This document shows positions 38,432 through 48,053 of a stretch of DNA of 64,000 nt, one piece after another. The stretch is from assembly GCA_001822815.1 (NCBI GenBank), contig MHSR01000008.1, positions 49,602 to 113,601 on the forward strand, written 5' to 3'. Each line of letters starts with the position of its first letter. Position 1 is the stretch's first letter. Origin of the DNA: Candidatus Terrybacteria bacterium RIFCSPHIGHO2_01_FULL_43_35 (lineage in GTDB: Bacteria > Patescibacteriota > Minisyncoccia > Terrybacterales > GWB1-40-14). The position numbers were made by a program, and so were the translations under genes. The notes below the pieces were generated by a model that saw only the letters and a program-made list of their open reading frames with translations, searched no databases and was not told the origin of the DNA.

Positions 38432-40045
38432 CTAATTATTTACCTGATAATACGTGAAATCATCGGAATTTTTCTGGATATTGGGAAAAAGATCATAAAT
38501 CTTATTATTTAGTTCGTTGTCATCCTTGTTGGTTAAGACTATTATCGTTTTCTTACCAGACTCTGTTTGAATTTCGTCAAGACGATCGGAGGTCAAATAG
38601 CGTATAGTGTTGTCTTCATTCGTTAAAAAACGTATGGTTGCCGAAGGCATGGGGATGTTGTCCAGGAGCGTTGCGTTTTCGTTCACCACCACGTATTTTA
38701 GCGTATTTTCGTCTTGGTCATTTAAAAATTTAGATATTAATACCAGATCTTGCCGAAAGGCGCCACGGATATTTGGATCATTGGCCCAAGCCACGAAATA
38801 ACGGTTGTAGTTCTCGATTCCCACGGCAAATAGGGCAAGTATAAGCAACGCGGCGGCCAGCTTCACATTTTTTATCTTTAAGTTCCTGCGCCAGAAATCC
38901 CATATCCAGATAAGTCCTATCGTGGCCAGTATTATTACTGGCGGTATAGCTCCGATAGATCTTAGCGCATGGGGCAAGCCTTCGTTGGTCAGCATTGCCG
39001 GCATAAGCATGACAAAGAGCCAGCCGAAAATAAACACAACAGGGAAAGCTCCGGCAATATTTTTTTCTTTGAACGCCAAGAATGTATTTTTGATCAAAAT
39101 CAACGCGCCTATTAGAAATACAGCGCTTACCAGTAAGGTTAGTTGTGGCGCGCCGGCCAGGTTATGCCGCCAGTTCCAGTCTCCGGCGATATTGAACATT
39201 AACGCTGTTTTGGCCGCGCTTTCTAAAAAAGTAAGTATAGGATTTGTTGAAGCGAATACAGATATACCGCTTGAGCGACTGGAAATATCCTGTGGGTGTG
39301 AAAGTAAATATCCCAAAAGCGGTATCATGGTGACCACGGTCGCGATGCCAAGAACAATATAATGCGAGAAAAACGTCTTGAAGCTTTCTGTCTTGCGATG
39401 CACTCGCCACGAAACTGCGTCAAATATAAAAACGGCTAAACCAAGAATGGGGGAGAGTCTGAAGCCGATATATGAATAAAAACCCAGGCCCCACCAAAAT
39501 CCAGAAAGGATATAATTTTTTATTTGCTTTGTGCGCATGCCGCGTAAAAGAAATAACAGGGCCAAGGACAATAAAAAAGAAACCATTATGGCCCGGAAGC
39601 CTATACGTGAAAAGTGTACATGCCACGAGTTTACGGCAAGAAGGAAAGTGGCCGTTGGCACAAAGTATTCATTATTAAAAAACGAAAACGCCTCATTATT
39701 TTTAGTGAGACGTTCTTTAAAGAAACTCAAAAATTCTTTCAAAAGGAAATAGAAGATTAAAACCGTTAACGTGCCTATGGCGGCGCTGGTGGCGCGTAAG
39801 GACCAGGCCGTTGGACCGAATATTTGTACGGAAAGGACCTGCAGGTTTATGAATAGACCTTCCCGCCCGTTGTTTTCAGGGTAAAAAGCCTCGAAATCGG
39901 CGTTATTGAGGGCATGAATAGCATTTACGCCATTCATGGCTTCATCTGGATAAAGGCCCGGCGGTAGCTCATTAAGATGCCAAAAGCGAAAAAATGCCCC
40001 GATGGCAACGATGATTATTAGTGTAAGGGCCGTTTTTCTGTCCAT
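38432..40045 (-). CDS. GT-C fold glycosyltransferase (PMT/ArnT-like)
   Basis: RFWHL..LPPGLYPDEA, GREGLF, HFSRIGFR; many TM helices. Confidence 0.85.
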   Translation of the reverse strand: MDRKTALTLIIIVAIGAFFRFWHLNELPPGLYPDEAMNGVNAIHALNNADFEAFYPENNGREGLFINLQVLSVQIFGPTAWSLRATSAAIGTLTVLIFYFLLKEFLSFFKERLTKNNEAFSFFNNEYFVPTATFLLAVNSWHVHFSRIGFRAIMVSFLLSLALLFLLRGMRTKQIKNYILSGFWWGLGFYSYIGFRLSPILGLAVFIFDAVSWRVHRKTESFKTFFSHYIVLGIATVVTMIPLLGYLLSHPQDISSRSSGISVFASTNPILTFLESAAKTALMFNIAGDWNWRHNLAGAPQLTLLVSAVFLIGALILIKNTFLAFKEKNIAGAFPVVFIFGWLFVMLMPAMLTNEGLPHALRSIGAIPPVIILATIGLIWIWDFWRRNLKIKNVKLAAALLILALFAVGIENYNRYFVAWANDPNIRGAFRQDLVLISKFLNDQDENTLKYVVVNENATLLDNIPMPSATIRFLTNEDNTIRYLTSDRLDEIQTESGKKTIIVLTNKDDNELNNKIYDLFPNIQKNSDDFTYYQVNN

Positions 40046-40126
40046 AAGATAAATTATAACATTTTTAAACCTTAATCTTTAGATGTTTATGCGACAGGAA
40101 AAGCTTTTGGGGTTATAATATTATTC

Positions 40127-40801
40127 ATGACCAGCGTTTTGGGGCTTCAGCCTCTTAAAATCAAAGATATCGTCATTGTAGCGGTTTTGGGCGAAATAGT
40201 CGGTGCTTTTGGGTTTGCGATAGTAAACAATCAGCCGGCCCTAGAGGGCATTTTCACTAAAATATTGCCACAATTCGTTTTGTTGCCGCTTTTTGTTTTG
40301 GGTGTGCCGATGGCCGCCGTTGTGGCTCTGCTGTTCGCCTATTTTTTAGCCAAGAAAATAAAACCAATATTTTTCCAGATGGGCAAGTTTGCCGCGGTGG
40401 GGTTTTCTAATACCGCAATTGATTGGGGGATCTTCAATCTAATTTTGGCTCCTATCGGTTTTTCCAGCGCCGGACAAGTTATTTATGCTTTAGGCAAGGG
40501 TATTTCTTTTGCCTTTGCAACGCTCAACTCTTTCGTATGGAATAAATTCTGGTCTTTTGAGAAGAAAGAAACCAAGGGAGTCGGCAAGGAGGCCGCAAAA
40601 TTTTACGCCTTTACGGCAGTGGGTCTTGTCATCAATGTTACAGTTGCTCTTATTGTCCGAAACATAGGTCCGCATTCTGATTTATGGGGCGGGGTGGTTT
40701 CTCCAGCCTTGGCCACGGCCGTTTCCATGATTTGGGATTTTTTCGCCTACAAATTTTTCGTTTTTAAATCTGGGCAGCCGGCCGTTGAGCCGGAGAAGTA
40801 A
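40127..40801 (+). CDS. GtrA-family membrane protein
   Basis: KFAAVGFSNTAIDWG, NSFVWNKFWSF, WDFFAYKFFVF. Confidence 0.88.
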   Translation: MTSVLGLQPLKIKDIVIVAVLGEIVGAFGFAIVNNQPALEGIFTKILPQFVLLPLFVLGVPMAAVVALLFAYFLAKKIKPIFFQMGKFAAVGFSNTAIDWGIFNLILAPIGFSSAGQVIYALGKGISFAFATLNSFVWNKFWSFEKKETKGVGKEAAKFYAFTAVGLVINVTVALIVRNIGPHSDLWGGVVSPALATAVSMIWDFFAYKFFVFKSGQPAVEPEK

Positions 40802-40805
40802 TTTT

Positions 40806-40830
40806 AAAACCCCGCCTGAAGCGGGGTTTT
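40806..40830. terminator. Bidirectional terminator
   Basis: aaaaccccgc-ctgaa-gcggggtttt. Confidence 0.8.
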
Positions 40831-40832
40831 GG

Positions 40833-41324
40833 TTAGAGTATTTTTTGCGTTAACCACGGCAATATTATTTTATATATTCCTGTCCAGATGAGCAGGCCTT
40901 GCGTCATGGCCATTACTGATCCCAGCATTGCGACCGCAATCGCCCGCCTCTTTTTAATATTCAGCATGAAAGCCGCTGGAATGGCGAACCAAGCCCCTGT
41001 TACCGGCAGAGGGAACGCCATGATGGCTATTACGCCAAGCTCTGGAATTCCCTTGAATCTTTCCAGGTTTATTTTTTGTGCGCGGGAAATGATTTTTTTA
41101 GCAAGAATGTGTTTTTCAGCAAAATCCAGGCCGTGTTTATACAATACGTGTGAAAGGATCAGTATTAGCGTAAAATGCCCGCCAAGCAGCAATACTGCGG
41201 CTGGCAATAGTTCAAGTTTGGCTATTATCAGAGCAAACGGCACGCCCCACGGCATTTCAACAAACGGCATCATTACCACAAATGGCACGAACACTTTTAG
41301 AATTGTTTCAAAGCCAATATCCAT
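40833..41324 (-). CDS. Small multidrug-export-like membrane protein (COG2426-like)
   Basis: MPFVEMPWGVP, AFPLPVTGAW. Confidence 0.7.
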   Translation of the reverse strand: MDIGFETILKVFVPFVVMMPFVEMPWGVPFALIIAKLELLPAAVLLLGGHFTLILILSHVLYKHGLDFAEKHILAKKIISRAQKINLERFKGIPELGVIAIMAFPLPVTGAWFAIPAAFMLNIKKRRAIAVAMLGSVMAMTQGLLIWTGIYKIILPWLTQKIL

Positions 41325-41401
41325 ATCCGAATTGTAATTGATAAGGCGTATTTATTAAAGCCCTTTTCAGCGGCAAAAATTGTGTTAAAATGACGGCGCA
41401 T

Positions 41402-42562
41402 ATGGCGAACCAAGTTTTATATAGGAAATATCGACCTTCGACCTTCGCTGAGATTGTGGGACAGGAGCATGTGGTGCGCACGTTGACCAACGCTTTGTTG
41501 TTGGATAAGGTCGCTCACGCCTATCTCTTCAACGGTCCGCGCGGCACGGGCAAAACCACCACCGCACGCCTTTTGGCAAGGTATTTGAATTGTGCCGTGT
41601 TGTCCGCCAAGCGAAGCGAGGCGATGATAACACGAGCATCCGCCGAGGCTTTTAGCGAAGGCGGATTCCAATCTGTTTGTTCTAAAGAAAACGCCTGTAT
41701 AAATTGTTCCTCTTTTTTTCTGGGCAACCATCCTGATTTAATAGAAATAGATGCCGCTTCAAACCGCGGCATAGACGAGATACGCGCTTTAAAAGAAGGC
41801 ATACGTTTTTCGCCGGTGCAGGCTCCTTTCAAGTTTTTCATTGTGGACGAAGTGCACATGCTCACTAAAGAAGCTTTCAACGCTCTTTTAAAAACTTTGG
41901 AAGAGCCTCCAAAGCATGCAATCTTTGTTTTGGCTACCACCGAAATACATAAAGTTCCCGCAACCGTAATTTCTCGCTGTCAGCGTTTCGATTTCCGGCG
42001 TCTGAATCTGGACGAAATAAAAAATAGGCTCTCATCGATTGCTCAGCAGGAAAAAGTTGCTGCGGACGATGAAGCGCTCGAGCTTATAGCTTCCTACGCC
42101 GATGGTTCTCAACGCGATGCTGAAAGTTTGCTTGATCAGGTTATGGCATTCAATGACCGGCATATAACCTTGGCCGATGTTGCTTCGGTCTTGGGCTTGA
42201 TAGGCTTGCCATTTATACGTTCATTTGTGGATGCTTTAGCCCTAAAAAACGCGCCCAGAGCTCTTTCATTGGTGGGTGAAGCAATTGAAGGCGGCTACGA
42301 CGTTGAGCAATTCCTTAAAGTCCTGATTTCTTATCTGCGCGATGTTTTATTGCTGGCAATTAATCCGCAAGTTATAGAATATATAGCCAAACGCTCTGGA
42401 AACGATTACGCCCAAGCCGCGTTGGCTCATGCGCAAATGCTTCAACCAAATATATTAACCGGTCTAATTGAGCGGTTCCTGGAGGCCGGAAAACAGATAA
42501 AATATTCTCCTTCACCGCAGTTGCCCCTTGAAGTAGCCGTGGTTGAATTACTCAGTTCTTAA
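41402..42562 (+). CDS. dnaX: DNA polymerase III subunit gamma/tau (short)
   Basis: LYRKYRP, GPRGTGKTT, EIDAASN, DEVHML, NALLKTLEEPP, SRCQ. Confidence 0.96.
   Translation: MANQVLYRKYRPSTFAEIVGQEHVVRTLTNALLLDKVAHAYLFNGPRGTGKTTTARLLARYLNCAVLSAKRSEAMITRASAEAFSEGGFQSVCSKENACINCSSFFLGNHPDLIEIDAASNRGIDEIRALKEGIRFSPVQAPFKFFIVDEVHMLTKEAFNALLKTLEEPPKHAIFVLATTEIHKVPATVISRCQRFDFRRLNLDEIKNRLSSIAQQEKVAADDEALELIASYADGSQRDAESLLDQVMAFNDRHITLADVASVLGLIGLPFIRSFVDALALKNAPRALSLVGEAIEGGYDVEQFLKVLISYLRDVLLLAINPQVIEYIAKRSGNDYAQAALAHAQMLQPNILTGLIERFLEAGKQIKYSPSPQLPLEVAVVELLSS
41603..41664. repeat. Palindromic element inserted in frame in dnaX
   Basis: tccgcc...ggcg and tccgccgaggctttagcgaaggcgga hairpins encode SAKRSEAMITRASAEAFSEGG within the Zn module. 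Confidence 0.55.
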
Positions 42563-42588
42563 AACACTCAAAATTTGGTGTCTAAGGC

Positions 42589-42843
42589 TGCGGGGTCGTC
42601 TAATGGGCTCGAGACAACCGCTTGTCTCGAGCGGGCATTTTAGCAATTTGTCCTCAAATTGCGTTAAGGAATGCCCGGGCAAGACAGAGACTTTGAAGTT
42701 ACATTTAAAAATTTATAGCCAGCGCTGCGGGATCGTCTAATGGTAGGACATGAGCCTTTGAAGCTCAGTATCTTGGTTCGAATCCAAGTCCCGCAGCGCT
42801 GGCTATAAAATATATTATTAGTTTTCGGATCCAAGCCCCGCAG
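42589..42843 (+). pseudogene. Interrupted tRNA-Gln-like shell surrounding the intact tRNA
   Basis: 5' piece tgcggggtcgtctaatgg (42589), middle piece ggcaagacagagactttgaagtt (42678-42700), 3' piece ttcggatccaagccccgcag (42824-42843). Confidence 0.6.
42726..42796 (+). tRNA. tRNA-Gln(TTG), CCA not encoded
   Basis: Acceptor tgcggga/tcccgca, D-arm with taatggt, anticodon arm tgagc-ctttgaa-gctca, T-arm cttgg-ttcgaat-ccaag. Confidence 0.95.
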
Positions 42844-42974
42844 TCACTTACATTTTTTATCGACCAATTGAAGACGCGTAATCCGATTGCTAATAAAAAA
42901 AGGCCGTTCATGTCGAACGGTCTAATATTATTTTTTACTGCACTTTATGAACTCGCGCAAAGCGCATTACTTAG

Positions 42975-43556
42975 TTACTTGCGTTGATAATATTTAGTGC
43001 CTTTGTTTGTAGGCGCTACGTCGCTTCCATTGCGCGCGATGGCAACGAGTCGCAATGCCACAGTTAACAGAATTCCCCATACCACCGATAGTACAATCAT
43101 AAGAAGAAGGGCGATATTCAGTCCAGGTATACTAATTCCGTCTTCGGATCTGTATAACTGCGAGGTAGTGTTTGACGTTGAAACTGTTATGGTAATGGTT
43201 TCTGGCTGGGCTTTGTCTTGTGTTTCGTATGTAATGTAGACGATATGTTTGCCTGACGGCATCGGATGAGGTTTTATTACCGCCATGCCGTCTTGGTCAG
43301 TTACCGTCCTTCCGAGTTCAACTTTGCCAGTTACACCTAAAAAAGATTCATCGGCGCGGAGTGTTACAATGGCATTGGCAAGCGGTAAGTTGGTTTTTGC
43401 GGAACGAATCGCAATTTGAAATTCTTCTGCGCCGTTCTGGTTAATTATCGACACCTCTGCCATTGCGTGAGAGGCGTTAACGTTGTTAGCCGGGAAGAAA
43501 ACGGTGGCAGAAATAACTACCGTAATAGCGATCAGTTTAACAGTCGTCTTCATCAT
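42975..43556 (-). CDS. Secreted, C-terminally anchored Ig-like protein
   Basis: Signal peptide, PLANAIV...VTDQDGMA beta-sandwich motif, C-terminal TM helix. Confidence 0.65.
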   Translation of the reverse strand: MMKTTVKLIAITVVISATVFFPANNVNASHAMAEVSIINQNGAEEFQIAIRSAKTNLPLANAIVTLRADESFLGVTGKVELGRTVTDQDGMAVIKPHPMPSGKHIVYITYETQDKAQPETITITVSTSNTTSQLYRSEDGISIPGLNIALLLMIVLSVVWGILLTVALRLVAIARNGSDVAPTNKGTKYYQRK

Positions 43557-43979
43557 TTCTTCAGTCCTTTTTTCAAAGAATTATCGTACTGTTAGACAAT
43601 AACAGAACTTAGTGTAAGGATCAAGTGATTTATATTTCTGCAAGGGAATAGTCAGATGATGTCTTTTTGTATCTTATCTGCACTAAAAAAGCCACACAAG
43701 AAAGTATCATTTTTGCGGCACTTTTTGTTAGAATAAAATTGCTCGAGACACGTCGTTTGTGATAAGATTTAAATAGCTAAGAATCCTTACCGGGTTTGAC
43801 AGGTTGTCGGTTCTAGCTCGAGGACGCCAGCTGATAGAAAATCTTTCTCGCTCTTAGCGAGATTAGATTTTCATCATCCCGAGGATCCACGCGACGAGGG
43901 GCTACCATTCGTGATAGGCCATTCGGCTCTGAGAGCCTCAGACTCGATGAGTTATCCCGCTCGAGGTGCTTTAAGATTT

Positions 43980-44540
43980 ATGAAAAAAATAATAAGATGC
44001 CAGTGGGTTAGGAGTGGCGATTCCTTGATGGCAAAATACCACGATACAGAGTGGGGCGTGCCGATTAAGGATGATAATAAAATATTTGAATTCCTGGTAC
44101 TGGAGAGTTTTCAGGCCGGTTTAAGCTGGCGAACTATATTGAATAAGAGAGTAAATTTTGAGAAGGCCTTTGCCAGATTTAATCCAAAAAAAGTTGTGGC
44201 GTTCACCGCGCACGACAAAGCCCGTCTTATGAAGAATAAAGGGATTGTCCGCAACCGGGCTAAAATTGAAGCGGCCATCAATAATGCCACCAAGTTTCTG
44301 GAGATCCAAAAGGAATTCGGAACATTCTCAAAATACATGTGGGACTTTGTTGGTGGAAAGCCGATAGTCCATACAATAAAGAAAATGGACGAGTACCCAA
44401 CATCAATCTCCGAAGCGGAAGTGTGGGCAAAAGATTTAAAGAAAAGGGGATTTAAGTTTTTGGGGCCTACCACGCTCTATGCCCACATGCAGGCCGTTGG
44501 GATGGTCAATGACCACATGGTCAGGTGTTTTAAGAGATAA
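43980..44540 (+). CDS. tag: DNA-3-methyladenine glycosylase I
   Basis: RCQW, YHDTEWG, FEFLVLESFQAGLSW, IVRNRAKI, GFKFLGPT, GMVNDH...C. Confidence 0.95.
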   Translation: MKKIIRCQWVRSGDSLMAKYHDTEWGVPIKDDNKIFEFLVLESFQAGLSWRTILNKRVNFEKAFARFNPKKVVAFTAHDKARLMKNKGIVRNRAKIEAAINNATKFLEIQKEFGTFSKYMWDFVGGKPIVHTIKKMDEYPTSISEAEVWAKDLKKRGFKFLGPTTLYAHMQAVGMVNDHMVRCFKR

Positions 44541-44676
44541 TAGATCTGCGGATGGTTCTAGCCCGAGGTGGTCTGTAATACAGAACACGGTCTGCCCGAC
44601 TACGAAGCATAAAGTCGAAGGGGGTTTCGTGATACAATGAGGTCATGCGACGGCTCGCTTTTTCATTAGAGGCTTC

Positions 44677-44880
44677 ATGGAAGAGCTTATTGAAGACGGC
44701 AAAACGGGTTTTGTTTTAGAGAGTAATATTGATGCCCTGATTGGTGCCATGCAGAAGATTGATACAATTGATAGATCTCAAGTCCGCAGGCCTGTTGAGC
44801 AGAAGTTTAGTAAAGAGAGAATGACCGATGAATATGAGAAATTATATTACGAATTATGCCAAAACGGAGCTCAAAAATAG
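44677..44880 (+). pseudogene. C-terminal remnant of a GT4 glycosyltransferase
   Basis: EELIEDGKTGFV...IDRSQVR...FSKERMTDEYEKLY, with no N-terminal part. Confidence 0.7.
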
Positions 44881-46019
44881 AAGAGCTCAAATTTAAATTG
44901 CATGACGATATCAAGACCCTAGAGGATCCGCAATTTGGTTATATACGTGCTGGTTTGCCCAGGTTCGGTGCATTATTCGGCAGAGATGCCTGCATAGTTT
45001 CTTGGGAATTGATAAATTATGAATCTTCGATTGCCAGACGCGCCATTGATATACTTGCAAGGATGCAGGGCAAGGAGATTAATATCCTGCGCGAAGAAGA
45101 GCCGGGTAAGATCATCCATGAATGGCATCCTAACCCGGCCGAATATAAAGATCTGCCATGGCCGCTACCGTATTATGGGTCGGTAGATTCGACCCCTATT
45201 TTTATTTTTCTTTGCGGTTTTTATTACAATAAGACTTTAGATATTCAGTGGCTGCATACTTATTGGCCTAATATTATTTCAGCCATTGAATGGTGTGTTA
45301 AATACGGAGATTTCGACGGTGATATTTTGCTTGAATACGAAAGGAAAAATCCCCAAGGCCTCTTAAACCAAGGCTGGAAGGATAGCGATGAAAGCCTAAA
45401 TCTTCAAGCCCCAATCGCGCTTATAGAAGTACAGGGTTATTATTACGCCGCTCTTTACTCGGCGAGTGAACTCGCTTTAAAGTTAAATGATAGATTGCTT
45501 GCGGATAATTTGATAAACCGTGCCGCCAAACTCAAAGCAAACTGCTTAAAAACTTTTTGGATGCCAGACAAGAATTTTTTTGCGACCGCTGTGTCTGCTG
45601 ACAAAAAACCTGCCGATGCCATTACTTCTAATCCGGGCCACCTTCTTTTCTCCGGTATTTTGGACGGAAACGAAGACAAGATAAACGCTTTGGTAAAGCG
45701 GTTGTTTCGTGATGATATGTGGACGCTGTGGGGCATACGCACGCACGCCACATCAAACAAAGATTTTGACCCCATGAGTTATCATCTAGGTTCTGTTTGG
45801 CCGCATGATAACTGGATAATCGCCCAGGGGTTGAAGCGTTATGGATTCAACGAAGAGTACGGCCGCATAAAAAATGCTATGCTGAATGCATACGAAGCCC
45901 TGGGAGGAATACCCGAGCTATATGCCGTATCCGGAAACAATATTGTCAGTATTCCGCGCGCCTGTACGACGCAAGCATGGGCAAGCGGCGCTCTTCTTAA
46001 TTTCATTTTAGAATCATGA
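44856..46019 (+). CDS. Amylo-alpha-1,6-glucosidase / glycogen debranching (GDE_C-like)
   Basis: AGLPRFGALFGRD, EEPGKIIHE, YYGSVDSTP, NQGWKDS, YHLGSVWPHDN, PELY, QAWAS. Confidence 0.88.
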   Translation: MPKRSSKIEELKFKLHDDIKTLEDPQFGYIRAGLPRFGALFGRDACIVSWELINYESSIARRAIDILARMQGKEINILREEEPGKIIHEWHPNPAEYKDLPWPLPYYGSVDSTPIFIFLCGFYYNKTLDIQWLHTYWPNIISAIEWCVKYGDFDGDILLEYERKNPQGLLNQGWKDSDESLNLQAPIALIEVQGYYYAALYSASELALKLNDRLLADNLINRAAKLKANCLKTFWMPDKNFFATAVSADKKPADAITSNPGHLLFSGILDGNEDKINALVKRLFRDDMWTLWGIRTHATSNKDFDPMSYHLGSVWPHDNWIIAQGLKRYGFNEEYGRIKNAMLNAYEALGGIPELYAVSGNNIVSIPRACTTQAWASGALLNFILES

Positions 46020-46366
46020 ACAAAATGCGTATTGCCACAATGGTTACGGGTCATTACACCACTCCACCGCCTTTCGGCGTGATCTATGCCCTTTATGGAT
46101 ATTGCGATTGAAGTAAGTGAAGGTTTGGCCACGCGTGGACACGAAATAACTTTTTTGGGCCGATAGGCCTCGCAACTTAAAGGAGTACATGTAGAATCTG
46201 GCGGTTTGGTGCCCCTACGCAATGACGGCGAATTGCCTATACTAAAAAGCGATAAAGCCGGACCGATTGAGCGCGACAAGATATTCACTTTATGGGATCA
46301 ATATCTGCTTGGACTAGCCTATAAAGGGGCTGCCGAAGGCAGGTTTGATATATATTTTGCCCGATA
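46016..46366 (+). pseudogene. N-terminal remnant of a GT4 glycosyltransferase with a frameshift and stops
   Basis: MRIATMVTGHYTTPPPFGVIYA, frameshift, MDIAIEVSEGLATRGHEITF, internal TAG. Confidence 0.65.
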
Positions 46367-46419
46367 GCGATACTGGTTACTACTGGACGAATGGAATTCT
46401 TCTCGGGAGCACGTTAAAG

Positions 46420-46616
46420 AAGTAATACTTCTTAACGACAAACACAGTTTCATCCATAAAGCAGTTGGCTGGATGCTGCGCGAAGTGGGGAATAAATCTT
46501 TGCCAGCCGAGAAGAATTTTTTGAAGAAAAATGCGGCCATTATGCCTCGTACAATGTTACGATACGCAATCGAGAAATTCCCCGAGAAAAAGCGCAGAAA
46601 CAAAGAATTTCTATGA
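46420..46616 (+). pseudogene. C-terminal remnant of an AlkD-like DNA alkylation repair protein
   Basis: [14 protein letters not shown]...[13 protein letters not shown], with no start or N-terminus. Confidence 0.75.
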
Positions 46617-48053
46617 ATTGCTCATTTTTTCGTATAACTGCGCGTATTTGCCGGCCGAAGCGTTCCAGGAGAAATCTTGCGATGCGGCGCTTGCTTGCAT
46701 CTGGCGCCACGTAGTTTTCTTTTGCTTAAACGTATTTGCGGCGCGAGCTATAGTTTTGACCAAAGCGACGGATGAATAATCTTCAAAAGAAAATCCCATT
46801 TTTCCGTCTTGTACCGTGTCTCTGAGGCCGCCTGTCGCGCGCACTATCGGCAATGTGCCATAACGCATTGCTATCATTTGACCCAAACCGCAGGGTTCAA
46901 AGCGGGATGGCATTAAAAAAGCATCGCTTCCCGCATATATTTTATGGGCGAGAGCGGCATCGAATTTATTAATAAACGATAGTTGTTCCGGAAAACGATT
47001 TTGCAGAGCAGCTAATTGGCCGGCGTATTCTCTATTGCCGGAAGCAAGGATAATAAGTTGTATATTTTTGTCGTTAAACAGTTTATCAATGGCGGCATTT
47101 ATGATATCAAAGCCTTTTTGTTCAGCCAATCTTGAGACCACGCCCATCAAAAACGCATCTTTTTTGTTGGGCAAATGCATCTTTGTTTGCAGGTCCTCTT
47201 TGTTAAGAATCTTTTTATCCAGTGTTTTATTATCGTAGGTAGCGATTATATCTTTATCATTTTGCGGATTCCACTCCGTCGTATTTATACCATTTAAAAT
47301 GCCGCTAAAATTTTCAGCACGTTCTGCAAGGGCCCAATCAAGTCCTGCGCCATATGCGGGTAAAATAATTTCATCGCGATAGCTTGGACTGACGGTGTTT
47401 ATGAAATCAGCATAAAATATCGCATTCAAAAGCAAGTTCACGGTATTATCGGGGCGTACGGCCTCAGGATGCAATCGTGAGAAATTTTCACCGAGCGCGT
47501 CTTTGACCAGGGCGGTTTCATATACGCCTTGATATGCAAGATTATGAATGGTCAATAAAAATTTTGGGGAAGAACCATTTCTTTCAAAACACGAAGGAAT
47601 GAATCCCACGTGCCAATCATTTATATGTATCACGTCCGGGATAAGTTCTAATTTATCAAGAAGTTTTGGCACAAAAAGCGAGAATGAATTGAAGCGACCA
47701 AATTCTGTTTCTGTTCCGCCAGATGACGCGTCAAGTTCAATATATATGCCGCCTGAGCTTATCAGATTTTTTTCTTCTATTAAATAAAGCGGTACATCAG
47801 AATCAGGAAGATGTCCCTCAAATACCGATGCGCTCAACCCATCTTTTTTCCACGGAATTTCGATACTTCCCTCAAGACGTTTTAGGTTCCAGGTTTGTTC
47901 AGAAATAATGGAATACTTTGGCATTATTACGCGGACATCAATACCTAATCTACGTAAGGCTATCGGCAAAGAGCCAGCCACGTCGGCTAAGCCGCCTACC
48001 TTGGCTAACGGTGAAACCTCAGCGGAAACCAATATAACAAGAAGTTTTTTCAT
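46611..48053 (-). CDS. glgA: Glycogen synthase (GT5), copy 1
   Basis: [48 protein letters not shown]. Confidence 0.93.
   Translation of the reverse strand: MKKLLVILVSAEVSPLAKVGGLADVAGSLPIALRRLGIDVRVIMPKYSIISEQTWNLKRLEGSIEIPWKKDGLSASVFEGHLPDSDVPLYLIEEKNLISSGGIYIELDASSGGTETEFGRFNSFSLFVPKLLDKLELIPDVIHINDWHVGFIPSCFERNGSSPKFLLTIHNLAYQGVYETALVKDALGENFSRLHPEAVRPDNTVNLLLNAIFYADFINTVSPSYRDEIILPAYGAGLDWALAERAENFSGILNGINTTEWNPQNDKDIIATYDNKTLDKKILNKEDLQTKMHLPNKKDAFLMGVVSRLAEQKGFDIINAAIDKLFNDKNIQLIILASGNREYAGQLAALQNRFPEQLSFINKFDAALAHKIYAGSDAFLMPSRFEPCGLGQMIAMRYGTLPIVRATGGLRDTVQDGKMGFSFEDYSSVALVKTIARAANTFKQKKTTWRQMQASAASQDFSWNASAGKYAQLYEKMSNS

Noticed and set aside
43805-43825. ggttctagct resembling a preQ1 riboswitch loop
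   Set aside because: No P1 partner or A-rich tail, and the motif recurs at 44554 as part of a repeat.
43785-43975. Possible tmRNA or RNase P RNA
   Set aside because: No tRNA-like acceptor/T-arm ends and no GAGGAAAGUCC motif.
43911-43979. N-terminal extension of Tag in the ORF track
   Set aside because: It overlaps repeat-like DNA; homology starts at MKKIIRCQW.
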